A DNA stretch of 64,000 bases. Source: Bacillota bacterium. Its GTDB lineage: Bacteria > Macinerneyibacteriota > Macinerneyibacteria > Macinerneyibacteriales > DSCS01. Both the position numbers and the translations under genes were made by a program. Where the stretch lies: contig DSCS01000025.1 of the NCBI GenBank assembly GCA_011048995.1, positions 3,444 through 67,443 of the forward strand. Direction: 5' to 3'. The notes beneath the pieces are model-generated. The model saw only the letters and a program-made list of their open reading frames with translations, did not search any database and was not told the DNA's origin. This document shows, one piece after another, positions 1-9,909 of the stretch (the stretch's first letter is position 1; each line of letters starts with the position of its first letter).

Positions 1-2325
1 TTTCATATCCCCTGCGGGAAGGAGAGCCGTATAGAGAGAGATTCCTTTCTCTTCCCGTTTGGCCGCCATGATCCCATCAATATCCGAGGAGGCCGATTCC
101 ATCTTCATTTTCTCGATCTCTTTTTGAAGTTCTTTCTCCCGTTTGAGCATCTGCTCCATACGCTCGGGCAACGCTGTCCGGTCTGCTTTCATCAGCTGTG
201 AAAGTTCCTCCAGAATCAGACGGTTATCCCGGATAATACGAAGAGATTCCTCTCCGGTAACCGCTTCGATGCGTCTCACTCCGGCCGCAAGGCTTCCTTC
301 GGCGACAATGACGAAAGCGCCGATATCTCCTGTCCGGCTGACGTGGGTTCCCCCGCATAGTTCCATAGAGATGCCTTCCACAGAGACGACACGGACTTCA
401 TGGCCGTATTTTTCCCCGAAAAGAGCTACGGCCCCCTTCTCCAGGGCTTCGTTCTGCTTCATCGTTTCAACAGTGACAGGTTTGTTGGCCATAACCGCCT
501 TGTTGACAGCTTCTTCTACAGCAGAGATCCCTTCTGTGGACATTTTTGAAAAATGGGTAAAATCAAAACGCAGCCTGTCCGGCCCCACATAGGAGCCGGC
601 CTGATTGACATGGCTTCCTAAAACCTCTTTAAGGGCCTTGTGAAGAAGATGCGTAGCTGTGTGATTCCGGGCGGCTTTCAAACGAAGCGTTTGATCAGTT
701 TGCAGGCGATACGCTTTTCCTGTTTCCAGTATCTGTCCGCCTTCCTTTATTTTATGAATATGAACGCCGGCAGTCTTTTGAGTGTCATAGATATAGAAGC
801 GCTTTTCTCCGTCGATGACCCAGCCCTGATCGCCGGTTTGCCCCCCGGATTCTCCGTAGAGGCAGCTCTTGTCAAAGACAAGTTCCCAGCCCTCCGGAGT
901 TTTTTCCTTGTGAAGAAGTGTTCCCTCTTCTTCTCTTTTTCCGTATCCGGTAAAAGAAGTCGCCGGTAATCCCTTCTCCACTACATAAAGGAAACGTTTC
1001 TCACCGGAGCCGCCCTGCCATGAGGCCCGCCCCCGCCGGCGCTGGCCTTCCATGGCGTCCCTGAAACCCTTTTCATCCAGAGTGTATCCCTGTTCGGCCA
1101 GGATGTCGGCTGTCAGGTCCGCCGGGAAGCCATAGGTGTCATACAGCTTAAACGCCGTCTCCCCGGAAAGAAGGGAATCTCCCTTTTCCTTAAGCAAGCG
1201 GCACTCTTCTTCCAAAATCGCCATGCCGGCGTCCAGAGTATCCAGAAAGCGCTCCTCTTCCATTTGAATCAGATGCTGGGTATGCTGCGACGCGGGAACC
1301 AGCCCTTTATAAAACTCCCCGTACAGGGAGGCCACATCTCCGGCCAGCCTGTAAAGAAAAGGCTTCTTGTATCCCAGGATACGGGACTGTCTCAAAGCCC
1401 GGCGCAAAATACGGCGGATGACATAACCTCGCCCGTCATTGGACGGAATCACGCCGTCCGACAATGCAAAAACAAGGGCCCGGATATGATCGGCAATAAT
1501 GTGAAAATGAATCTCCGTTTCTTTATCATAGTCGACGCCGATATAACCGGAGGCCGCTTTGATCAACGGCTGAAAAAGATCAGTATAAAAATTATTCGTC
1601 TTTCCCTGAAGGATGGCGGCCAGGCGCTCCAGTCCCATCCCTGTATCGATGTTCTTTTTACGTAAAGGCGTCAGGCTTCCGTCAGGCTCCTTATTAAATT
1701 GTGTAAAGACCAGGTTCCAGAACTCGACAAAGCGGTCACATTCACATCCGGGGCGGCAAGCGGGATCTTTGCAGCCGATTTCAGCTCCGTAATCGTAATA
1801 AAGCTCTGAAGAGGGGCCGCAAGGGCCTGTCTCCCCGGCCGGGCCCCAGAAATTATCGTTGTCGCCCAGAGAGACAATACGCTCGTCAGGGAGATATTGA
1901 AGCCAAAGGCGGCGAGCTTCCTCATCATCATGATGAACAGTGGCCCAGACCCTGTTTGTGTTTATTTGCATCACCTTGGACACAAATTCCCATGCATAGG
2001 AAATCGCCTCCTCTTTAAAATAATCGCCAAAGGAAAAATTTCCAAGCATTTCAAAAAAAGAATGATGGCGAGCCGTTTTCCCGACATTTTCCAAATCGCT
2101 TTTCTTCCCGCCGGCTCGCAGACATTTCTGGCAGGATGCCGCCCGGGTAAAAGAGAGGCGGGAGACATCCCCGGCCTGAAAATATTCTTTGAACTGGACC
2201 ATCCCTGCCGATGTAAAGAGCAAAGTCGGGTCATCTTTGGGGATCAGCGGAGAGGAATCTACAATCTTATGCCCCTTGTCTTTGAAAAAATCAATAAAAA
2301 CATTCCTGATGTCTGCGGCTTTCAT
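1..2325 (-). CDS. alaS: Alanine--tRNA ligase (3' end runs off window; missing from the ORF track)
   Basis: Manual translation from ATG at 2325: MKAADIRNVFIDFFK...; editing-domain motifs RNHTATHLLHKAL (~630-670) and ELCGGTH (~343-363); follows recA-recX. Confidence 0.96.
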   Translation of the reverse strand, partial: MKAADIRNVFIDFFKDKGHKIVDSSPLIPKDDPTLLFTSAGMVQFKEYFQAGDVSRLSFTRAASCQKCLRAGGKKSDLENVGKTARHHSFFEMLGNFSFGDYFKEEAISYAWEFVSKVMQINTNRVWATVHHDDEEARRLWLQYLPDERIVSLGDNDNFWGPAGETGPCGPSSELYYDYGAEIGCKDPACRPGCECDRFVEFWNLVFTQFNKEPDGSLTPLRKKNIDTGMGLERLAAILQGKTNNFYTDLFQPLIKAASGYIGVDYDKETEIHFHIIADHIRALVFALSDGVIPSNDGRGYVIRRILRRALRQSRILGYKKPFLYRLAGDVASLYGEFYKGLVPASQHTQHLIQMEEERFLDTLDAGMAILEEECRLLKEKGDSLLSGETAFKLYDTYGFPADLTADILAEQGYTLDEKGFRDAMEGQRRRGRASWQGGSGEKRFLYVVEKGLPATSFTGYGKREEEGTLLHKEKTPEGWELVFDKSCLYGESGGQTGDQGWVIDGEKRFYIYDTQKTAGVHIHKIKEGGQILETGKAYRLQTDQTLRLKAARNHTATHLLHKALKEVLGSHVNQAGSYVGPDRLRFDFTHFSKMSTEGISAVEEAVNKAVMANKPVTVETMKQNEALEKGAVALFGEKYGHEVRVVSVEGISMELCGGTHVSRTGDIGAFVIVAEGSLAAGVRRIEAVTGEESLRIIRDNRLILEELSQLMKADRTALPERMEQMLKREKELQKEIEKMKMESASSDIDGIMAAKREEKGISLYTALLPAGDMK

Positions 2326-2326
2326 C

Positions 2327-2941
2327 TCAGCCCTCGCTTTCCCATTGATCTAAAAGAGTGTTCACATCCTCAATATCGAACCCTTTGCCTGCTAAATACC
2401 GAAACAGGGCGGGGCGCCAATCCTCTTTCCCTTTAAGAGACCTCATCTTTTTTTCCGCAGCCCTTTTAAGCGCTCTTTCCTCCCGGGACCTCACAGGGAA
2501 ATCCCCGGCCAAAAGGTCAATAAGTTCTCCGGAGACACCCTTTTTTAAAAGCTTAATCCGCAACGCCCTGAGGCTCTCCTTTTCATTGTATCGGAGATAA
2601 TCCCGGACAAGCTCTGTATCATCGATAAAACCGTACGCCTTAAGCCTGTCCACCTCAGCCCGGGCCATCTCCTCTGAATACCCTTTGGATATGATATAGC
2701 GCTCGACTTCTTTTTCGCTTTTCCGGTAGCGGCTGACAAGAGCCAACGTCCGGCTGTGCAGCTGCTCGCGGGCTTCAATATCGCGAAGCTCCTCCAGAAA
2801 ATCCTCTGTCACTTCTTTTCCCACATAAAGGTTCAGAAGCGCAACAGTGTTTTCTTCCACCCCTTCGAAAAAGAGGCCGTCTACAAAAAGATTGTAGCGC
2901 TTTTTATTCTTCTTCTGCGTTTCCAGCGCCGTAATTTTCAT
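2327..2941 (-). CDS. recX: RecX regulatory protein (long form)
   Basis: Likely start [22 protein letters not shown]; motifs GFIDD, KLLKKGV, YLAGKGF; overlaps the recA end. Confidence 0.88.
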   Translation of the reverse strand: MKITALETQKKNKKRYNLFVDGLFFEGVEENTVALLNLYVGKEVTEDFLEELRDIEAREQLHSRTLALVSRYRKSEKEVERYIISKGYSEEMARAEVDRLKAYGFIDDTELVRDYLRYNEKESLRALRIKLLKKGVSGELIDLLAGDFPVRSREERALKRAAEKKMRSLKGKEDWRPALFRYLAGKGFDIEDVNTLLDQWESEG

Positions 2942-3938
2942 GTTCTTTGCCAAAAAGCTCAGCCCTGACTTTGTTCTCGATCTCCTCCAGCATCTCCGGA
3001 GCCTCTTTGAGATATTCCTCCACATTGCTTTTTCCCTGGCCCAGGCGCATATCATTATAGGAGTACCAGGACCCGCTTTTATCCATAATATTGAATTCAG
3101 CAGCCAAATCGATGACTTCACTTACCCTGGAGATACCTTCACCGAAAATAATCTGGACATGAGCGATTTTAAACGGAGGAGCCAACTTGTTCTTAACGAC
3201 TTTGACCTTGACTTCATTTCCGATATCATCGGTCCCGTTTTTGATGGATCCGGTGCGGCGTATATCCATACGCAGGGAGGAATAAAACTTCAGCGCATTC
3301 CCTCCCGTTGTCGTCTCCGGATTGCCGAACATAATACCGATCTTCATCCGGATCTGATTGAGAAAGATAAGGGATGTTTTAGTCTTGTTGATCACCCCGG
3401 TCAGTTTCCTCAAAGCCTGGGACATCAGGCGGGCCTGCAAGCCCATATGGGAATCCCCCATATCTCCCTCGATCTCCGCCCGGGGAGTCAACGCCGCCAC
3501 ACTGTCCACAACGATGATATCAATGGCCGCGCTCCTCACCAATGTCTCCACGATATCCAGAGCCTGTTCTCCATTATCAGGTTGGGAGACCAGAAGATTA
3601 TCGATGTCCACCCCCAGTTTTCGGGCGTACACAGGATCCAATGCGTGCTCGGCATCAATAAAGGCCGCCACGCCGCCCTTTTTCTGAGCCTGGGCGATGA
3701 TCTGAAGAGCCAATGTCGTTTTTCCTGATGATTCGGGGCCGTAGATCTCTGTGACCCGCCCCCGGGGAACTCCGCCTATCCCTGTAGCATGGTCTATTTT
3801 CATGGATCCTGTTGAGATGACAGCCACGTCAAGGTGAAAGTCACCCCCCAGCCGCATAATCGTCCCTTTTCCGTAATCTTTTTCTAATTGCTGAATGGCT
3901 TTATCCAGCATTTTCCCTCTGGCTTCCTGATCTGACAT
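2904..3938 (-). CDS. recA: Recombinase RecA
   Basis: GPESSGKTT Walker [18 protein letters not shown]; start MSDQ after an AGGAGG SD. Confidence 0.99.
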   Translation of the reverse strand: MSDQEARGKMLDKAIQQLEKDYGKGTIMRLGGDFHLDVAVISTGSMKIDHATGIGGVPRGRVTEIYGPESSGKTTLALQIIAQAQKKGGVAAFIDAEHALDPVYARKLGVDIDNLLVSQPDNGEQALDIVETLVRSAAIDIIVVDSVAALTPRAEIEGDMGDSHMGLQARLMSQALRKLTGVINKTKTSLIFLNQIRMKIGIMFGNPETTTGGNALKFYSSLRMDIRRTGSIKNGTDDIGNEVKVKVVKNKLAPPFKIAHVQIIFGEGISRVSEVIDLAAEFNIMDKSGSWYSYNDMRLGQGKSNVEEYLKEAPEMLEEIENKVRAELFGKEHENYGAGNAEEE

Positions 3939-3966
3939 ATGGCCTCCTTTTGAATATCTTTGAGTC

Positions 3967-3994
3967 ATTATAGCGGTTCAAAGAGTGAAATCAA
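3967..3994 (-). promoter_or_regulatory. Putative sigma-70 promoter of recA
   Basis: TTGATT-16 bp-TATAAT upstream of the recA SD. Confidence 0.6.
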
Positions 3995-4020
3995 GGCTCT
4001 TCTCCGGGCCCGGACACGGC

Positions 4021-4067
4021 AAAGAAAGAAATGGCCGGGGGAAAAGGCCGCCGGCCTCTCCCCGGCC
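4021..4067 (-). terminator. Intrinsic terminator after the 4074-5540 gene
   Basis: GC-rich imperfect inverted repeat GGCCGGGG...CCCCGGCC followed on the minus strand by TTTCTTTCTTT. Confidence 0.65.
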
Positions 4068-4073
4068 GATCAT

Positions 4074-5540
4074 TTAGAAACTGTACTTAACGGCCAAGCC
4101 GAAGGAATCAGTATTCGTCCATTCGGCAAAACGACGGATAGCCTCGACCTGATTATTCAAACCGCCCGCCATCAGCTGAGCGGCGACTTCTTCAGCAATA
4201 AACCCTCCGACTCCTTCATAAGGCCTCAGTGCATCGGCAATATCCGATTCCACGGTTTCGGAAGACAAGGTATTATCTTTTTTTCCTCTCAAACCGTAGT
4301 AGAAAAAAGAAAGGTCTAAACCCTTCTTCAAAGGCAGGGCATATTCAGCGTGAAAGGCATAATCCAGATGGGACACGGCATAGATCACGGAACTGTCCCC
4401 TCCCAGCTGAGTGAAATAAGGGGCCAAAGACGCCAGCGATGTCTCCGAGAGAATTCCTGCCAAAAGTCCCTTGGGAAGTCCTTGAAGTCCGTCAAAGGAG
4501 TTTGTTCCGGCCTTTGTAAAATCCGCACATAGTTTTCCGGGACCGAGGATCTTATCAGCAACGAAACCGTAAGTCCAAAAAGACCCTTTCACTTCACGGG
4601 GTTCAAAAGCTTCATTGGAGGGGACTTCGTCCCCCTGGACCAACTGAAACCCTACATAGGGTTGAAGGCCCTTATAGGTGTAGGAAAGCCGGCTGTTATA
4701 GATCCGATGTTTGTATTTTCCTTCATATTCGTAGATGGTATTGTCATTATCTGTCTCTGTCAGCTTTGTCCCCCCTGACTCACCGGCCACGAATTGAATG
4801 GCTCCGTTGAAACCGAAGCCGCCTTTTTGAGCTTCGGCCCAGAGAATTTTGTTCAGAGCGCTGTCCGGGTTCATTCCCGTTCCGATCAGAGAAATATCTC
4901 CGGCTCCCCGGGCCAGAGCGAAACCGATACCTGTTTCGGGAGTAATATGAAAGTCAGCCTGGATCATGGGAAAAGTGGTCAGGGCCGCAGCAGTATAAAA
5001 AATGAAATCTTCATCTTCAGTGTCCCCGATATAGAGATGTGTATAGGCGGCATTAGCCGTGGCTTTGACGGAATTGATCCCCACGGAGATTCCGAAAGGA
5101 CGCCCCCCCTTCATCTCAAAAGGGCGGTACATCACAAAAAAATTATTGACTTCGACGATCTCTTCTGTGCGCTCCCGGTCACTGTTTCCAGGGTCGGCAG
5201 GATTGAAATAATAGTCCACATCCGGGTCATTGGCATCGATTCGAAGCTGAAGCACTCCAAACCAGGGGGATACCCCGGGGGTTCCCAGCGAAAAATTCAA
5301 CAACCCATGGGCCCTGATATTCTGAGAAGCCCTGTAATTGGCACCGGCCCTGTTAAAGATCCCCATTTCGGGAGAGTCCAGAGGCGTAGCGAATCCGGTC
5401 TGACTTTTGGCAATAAGGGTAAAACTTCCTGACATCTTCAAATTGTCTAAAAACGTTTTTTGTTCTTCTTCTCCGGCTGCGGCTGTACCAAAGGCCAAAA
5501 CAGCAATCATCAGGAGAAACATCATCTTCCGACTGTTCAT
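4074..5540 (-). CDS. Hypothetical secreted protein, probably an outer-membrane beta-barrel/porin
   Basis: Signal peptide MNSRKMMFLLMIAVLAFGTAAA; amphipathic beta-strand pattern; terminal Phe (AVKYSF); GAAGGAGG SD. Confidence 0.6.
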   Translation of the reverse strand: MNSRKMMFLLMIAVLAFGTAAAGEEEQKTFLDNLKMSGSFTLIAKSQTGFATPLDSPEMGIFNRAGANYRASQNIRAHGLLNFSLGTPGVSPWFGVLQLRIDANDPDVDYYFNPADPGNSDRERTEEIVEVNNFFVMYRPFEMKGGRPFGISVGINSVKATANAAYTHLYIGDTEDEDFIFYTAAALTTFPMIQADFHITPETGIGFALARGAGDISLIGTGMNPDSALNKILWAEAQKGGFGFNGAIQFVAGESGGTKLTETDNDNTIYEYEGKYKHRIYNSRLSYTYKGLQPYVGFQLVQGDEVPSNEAFEPREVKGSFWTYGFVADKILGPGKLCADFTKAGTNSFDGLQGLPKGLLAGILSETSLASLAPYFTQLGGDSSVIYAVSHLDYAFHAEYALPLKKGLDLSFFYYGLRGKKDNTLSSETVESDIADALRPYEGVGGFIAEEVAAQLMAGGLNNQVEAIRRFAEWTNTDSFGLAVKYSF

Positions 5541-5633
5541 ATAAACCTCCTTCATCGGCAATTATAATCAATGGTAAAGAGGGGGGCGGGAAAGTCAAGA
5601 AAAAAGTGAACCGGATTCAGGCGACATTTCGAC

Positions 5634-6383
5634 TCAAAGAGGAGAGATATTCAAAAGCTTTAATGCCATGAGGATGATTCCGGCGATGAGGACAACCTTA
5701 ATCCAGCGGTCGCCTTTTTGCACGGCGAAATGGGTTCCAAGCCATCCGCCTGCTGTGTTTCCAAGCGCCAGAACAATCCCGAAAGCCAAATCTATTTTCC
5801 CTTCTCCGGAGAAAACCAGCAGAGACGGGATCATACATAAGAGGATGATCATCACCTTAAGGCTGTTGATCCGCACAAGAGAAAAGCTTCCGAGAAGGGA
5901 GAGTGCTGCAATAATCAGAAACCCCACGCCGGCTTGGATAAAACCCACATAGAGCCCGATAAAAAGGAATAGAACCATGTGGGGAAGTCCGGGCTTGATC
6001 TCCTTCTGATCCGCCCCCTGACGTTTCTTTTTCGGGATCAGAATCATCGAGATGCTCACCAGCATCACTCCCGCAATAATCGTTTGAAAAAGATCTTCCG
6101 GTAGTTCCAATGCGATACGCGATCCGGCAAAAGCGCCGGCCATGGCCGGCAATCCCAGAATGAGGGCGGCCTTCCAATGAAAATAGCCGCTTTTTTTAAA
6201 CTTCCATACACTGGAAAGATTTTGAAAAAGAACAGCGATCCTGTTGGTCCCGTTGGCGACGTGAGGCGGCAATCCGAACATGATAAGGAGGGGGAGCGTG
6301 ATAAGTGAGCCTCCTCCGGCATTGACATTGATAAAACCTCCCGCCACACCGGCCAGCAAAAGCCAAAAATATTTCCAGATCAT
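5634..6383 (-). CDS. TauE/SafE (TSUP) family membrane permease
   Basis: AGFINVNAGGGSLITLP, ANGTN and GLYVGFIQAGVG repeats typical of the TSUP family. Confidence 0.88.
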   Translation of the reverse strand: MIWKYFWLLLAGVAGGFINVNAGGGSLITLPLLIMFGLPPHVANGTNRIAVLFQNLSSVWKFKKSGYFHWKAALILGLPAMAGAFAGSRIALELPEDLFQTIIAGVMLVSISMILIPKKKRQGADQKEIKPGLPHMVLFLFIGLYVGFIQAGVGFLIIAALSLLGSFSLVRINSLKVMIILLCMIPSLLVFSGEGKIDLAFGIVLALGNTAGGWLGTHFAVQKGDRWIKVVLIAGIILMALKLLNISPL

Positions 6384-6467
6384 AACCCTCCTAATCACGG
6401 CAAGAAATCCACTCTTTCGTTACCCGGATTATACCGTAATAAAAACCTGATGTGAAGCTGCTTTTGT

Positions 6468-6496
6468 TTGACGTTTTTTTACGTTTCGGTTATGAT
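6468..6496 (+). promoter_or_regulatory. Sigma-70 promoter, probably giving a leaderless MFS mRNA
   Basis: TTGACG-17-TATGAT, then 6 nt to ATG 6503; no SD. Confidence 0.65.
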
Positions 6497-6502
6497 ACCG
6501 GT

Positions 6503-7759
6503 ATGCTTACGGAAAAAATGATCCTTAAGGATACCCAGATCACTAAGTTTTCTCTTTACGGCTTTTTCAAGAATTTAAAGTTTTTTGAGCCCTACCTTTT
6601 TATTTTCCTTATGGCAAACGGACAGAATCTTTTTCAAATCGGAATCCTTATGGCCATTATGGAGACAGTCCTCTATCTTTTGGAGATCCCGTCCGGGCTC
6701 ATCGCTGACCGTTACGGCCGCAAAAGGACCTTGGTAATCTGTTTTCTCTTTTACATCATCTCTTTCATTATTTTTTTTACAGGGCACAGCTTTCCCGTTT
6801 ATACCGCTGCCATGGTTTTTTTCGGCATGGGGGAGTCTTTCCGTTCCGGAACCCATAAAGCGATGATTTACCGCTATCTTGATATCAAAGCATGGGATTC
6901 CTACAAGACGCTGGTTTACGGGCGCACCCGTTCCTTCTCATTACTGGGGACAGCTCTTTCTTCTGTGGCAGCTATCGCCCTGGCTCTTCATCTGCCTGCC
7001 TTGCGGGCCATTTTTTTGGCAGCCATTGTCCCCTACCTTGCGGATATTATCCTGATTCTCAGTTATCCCGATTCTCTGGATAAAGAAGAACCGGATGCAG
7101 AGCCCCCCTCCTCTTTTTTTGCTTTTTCAAAAACCATTATCAAAAGTTTGGCGCTGAACCCGCCCCTTCGCAAAGCGCTGCTCAACTCCTCTCTCTTTGA
7201 CAGTGTCTTTAAGACGATCAAAGATTATATTCAACCCATCACCTTAGCCTATCTTACCCTCCCGGCCGCGTGGAATGGGGGGTTCGACAAAGAAACAGGA
7301 GAAAAAATCGTTCTCGGGCTTCTCTATGCCCTTTTTGCCCTTTCAGGGGCCTTGGCCTCCCGATATGTTCACCGGCTTGTCCCCCGCTTCGGCCTTTCGG
7401 GGTTAGCTGACCGCTATATCCTTTGGGCGAGTCTGTTCTTTCTTCTAACCGCTTCTTTTTTAAGCCTGGACATCTTTTATCCTGTCCTGGGCCTTTACCT
7501 TTTGCTTAATGTTTTAAAAGATTCCCGGCGCCCCCTTTTAGTAGAGACGATAGGAAACCTGGCCCGTAAAGAAGGACGGGCTACCGTCCTCTCCGTTGAA
7601 AGCCAGCTCAAATCTCTCTTCACAGTTCTTCTGGCACCCCTTTTCGGACTGATGGCCCAAAAGGCCTCTATCCCTGTTGCCTTTCTCTTCCTGAGTCTCC
7701 TGATGCTTTTCCTTTATTTTTTCCTGCGCACTCACGTCAACAAAGGAGGGACTGTATGA
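6503..7759 (+). CDS. MFS transporter
   Basis: MFS motif A (EIPSGLIADRYGRK); about 12 hydrophobic segments. Confidence 0.9.
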   Translation: MLTEKMILKDTQITKFSLYGFFKNLKFFEPYLFIFLMANGQNLFQIGILMAIMETVLYLLEIPSGLIADRYGRKRTLVICFLFYIISFIIFFTGHSFPVYTAAMVFFGMGESFRSGTHKAMIYRYLDIKAWDSYKTLVYGRTRSFSLLGTALSSVAAIALALHLPALRAIFLAAIVPYLADIILILSYPDSLDKEEPDAEPPSSFFAFSKTIIKSLALNPPLRKALLNSSLFDSVFKTIKDYIQPITLAYLTLPAAWNGGFDKETGEKIVLGLLYALFALSGALASRYVHRLVPRFGLSGLADRYILWASLFFLLTASFLSLDIFYPVLGLYLLLNVLKDSRRPLLVETIGNLARKEGRATVLSVESQLKSLFTVLLAPLFGLMAQKASIPVAFLFLSLLMLFLYFFLRTHVNKGGTV

Positions 7760-8205
7760 AAAGAACCGCTGTCCTCATTTTTCTTTTATTTATCTTCTCC
7801 GGCCTTCTGGCGGCCGGCCCCTATGATTTCGGCATCGGATTTGTTCTGGGTGAACCGACAGGGGTTACAGTAAAATACTGGAACAGCGAAAAAAGCGCTT
7901 TCGACGGGGCTATAGCCTGGTCTTTTTCAGGAGAAAAGAAACTTCATCTTCATGCCGATTATTTAGTTCATTCTCTGAACGCCTATACCATCGACAAAGC
8001 TCCCTTTCATCTCTATTACGGCATAGGCGTCCGTATCAAATTTTCTGATAAAACCCGTTTGGGGAGCCGTATCCCTCTGGGGACATCCTATACCCCCACA
8101 TCAGCCCCGCTGGAGATCTTTTGTGAGGTCATTCCCCTTTTGGATCTGGTTCCCGATACTGATTTTCAATTAAACGCGGGACTAGGTTTACGCTATTACT
8201 TTTGA
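7756..8205 (+). CDS. Small outer-membrane beta-barrel protein (DUF3996-like)
   Basis: Signal peptide; GIGFVLGEPTGVTVKYW, HLHADYL; C-terminal GLGLRYYF. Confidence 0.7.
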   Translation: MKRTAVLIFLLFIFSGLLAAGPYDFGIGFVLGEPTGVTVKYWNSEKSAFDGAIAWSFSGEKKLHLHADYLVHSLNAYTIDKAPFHLYYGIGVRIKFSDKTRLGSRIPLGTSYTPTSAPLEIFCEVIPLLDLVPDTDFQLNAGLGLRYYF

Positions 8206-8209
8206 ACCG

Positions 8210-8239
8210 GCGCCCCTTGTTCTGAAGAACAAGGGGCGC
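8210..8239. terminator. Hairpin between convergent genes (bidirectional terminator)
   Basis: Perfect 13-bp inverted repeat GCGCCCCTTGTTC-TGAA-GAACAAGGGGCGC. Confidence 0.8.
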
Positions 8240-8250
8240 TTATTTGATGA

Positions 8251-9909
8251 TCAGAAAAGTCCGCTGATCTCTCCTTTTTCGTCGATATCAATGACCTCAG
8301 CTGCCGGCTTCTTGGGAAGTCCGGGCATACGCATAATAGTGCCGCTGACAGGGACCAGAAAACCGGGGCCGGCATTGACAATGATCTGGCGGATCTCCAC
8401 GTCAAAATTCTCGGGACGCCCCAAAAGCTTCGGGTCATCTGAGAGGGAGTATTGGGTCTTAGCCATACAGATCGCTAAATTGTCATAGCCGTTCTTTGCG
8501 ATCTGTTTCAAATCAGCCAAGGCTTCTTTGCTATAGATGACAGAGCGGGCTCCATAGATCTCGCGGGCAATGGTTTCGATCTTCTTTTCAACAGAAGCCT
8601 CCAAATCATACAGAAAGCGAAGCTTATTCTCACCGCTTTCAATGACTTCTACTATTTTTTCTGCCAATTCACGAGCCCCTTCTCCCCCTTTGGCCCAACA
8701 GTCAGCGACAATAATATCGTAGTGCATAGCCACACAACAGGTCTTGATGGCTTTGATCTCTTCATCAGTGTCTTCCGTGAACCTGTTAATGGCAATAACC
8801 GGTTTTATTCCGAATTTCACGGCATTTTCAATATGTTTTTCCAGGTTGATCAGCCCTTTAGCCACAGCATAGGGGTTCGGCTCTTTCAACTGATCTTTCG
8901 CCACTCCACCATGAAGTTTCAATGCACGGACAGTCGCAACCAGTACTAAGGCTTCCGGCTGCAGCCCGGCATAACGGCATTTGATGTTGAGGAACTTTTC
9001 TCCGCCCAGATCAAACCCGAATCCGGCTTCTGTCACCGCATAATCCGCATACCGCATCGCCATTCTTGTGGCCAGGACACTGTTGGTCCCCTGGGCAATA
9101 TTGGCGAAGGGGCCCCCGTGAATAAAGGCCGGGACATGTTCAATACTTTGGACCAGGTTCGGTTTCAAGGCCTCTTTCAACAATGCGCTTACGGCTCCGG
9201 CGATCTTGAGATCCGCTACAGTTACAGGCTTTCTTTCATAATCATAAGCGACGACAATGCGGGCGATCCTCTTTTTTAAATCGGCATAATCTTCAGAAAG
9301 GCACAGGGTGGCCATGATTTCAGAAGCTGCAGTAATGTCAAAAGTCCCTTCACGGGGAAAACTGCTTTTGGGTCCGCCAAGGCCGACGATAATATGGCGC
9401 AGCGAGCGGTCATTCATATCCATGACCCGGGGCCAGACAATGCGCCGGGGATCGATGGGAAGCGTTCTCTGATGAAGAGTATTATCGATGACAGCAGCGA
9501 TAAGATTATGGGCTGAAGAAATAGCATGCAGATCTCCCGTAAAATGCAGGTTGATCTCTTCCATGGGCAGGACCTGAGAGTAGCCGCCGCCTGTCGCTCC
9601 GCCTTTCATTCCCATGACCGGCCCTAAAGAAGGCTCGCGGAGGGCAATGGCCGTTTTTTTCCCTATAGCAGCCAATCCCTGGGCTAATCCGATGGTCACC
9701 GTGGTCTTCCCCTCTCCGGCTGCTGTGGGAGTCAACGCCGAAACTAAAATGAGATGCCCTTCACGCTCTTTTTTTTCCAAGGCTTTTAAACTGATTTTTG
9801 CCTTATACTTTCCGTAAGGCTCTACACAGTCCTCTTTGACCCCCAGCTCTGAAGCGATCTCTTCTACGGGTTTCAACACAGCTTTTTTTGCAATATCAAT
9901 ATCACTCAT
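8251..9909 (-). CDS. fhs: Formate--tetrahydrofolate ligase
   Basis: TPTAAGEGKTT, GMKGGATGGGYSQV, HGGPFANIA, MRMPGLP; true start MSDIDIA. Confidence 0.98.
   Translation of the reverse strand: MSDIDIAKKAVLKPVEEIASELGVKEDCVEPYGKYKAKISLKALEKKEREGHLILVSALTPTAAGEGKTTVTIGLAQGLAAIGKKTAIALREPSLGPVMGMKGGATGGGYSQVLPMEEINLHFTGDLHAISSAHNLIAAVIDNTLHQRTLPIDPRRIVWPRVMDMNDRSLRHIIVGLGGPKSSFPREGTFDITAASEIMATLCLSEDYADLKKRIARIVVAYDYERKPVTVADLKIAGAVSALLKEALKPNLVQSIEHVPAFIHGGPFANIAQGTNSVLATRMAMRYADYAVTEAGFGFDLGGEKFLNIKCRYAGLQPEALVLVATVRALKLHGGVAKDQLKEPNPYAVAKGLINLEKHIENAVKFGIKPVIAINRFTEDTDEEIKAIKTCCVAMHYDIIVADCWAKGGEGARELAEKIVEVIESGENKLRFLYDLEASVEKKIETIAREIYGARSVIYSKEALADLKQIAKNGYDNLAICMAKTQYSLSDDPKLLGRPENFDVEIRQIIVNAGPGFLVPVSGTIMRMPGLPKKPAAEVIDIDEKGEISGLF

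Noticed and set aside
143-2436. Several short ORFs in the track
   Set aside because: All overlap alaS, which the track missed because it runs off the window edge
3939-4030. LexA box upstream of recA
   Set aside because: No convincing match to the CTGT-N8-ACAG or GAAC-N4-GTTC boxes
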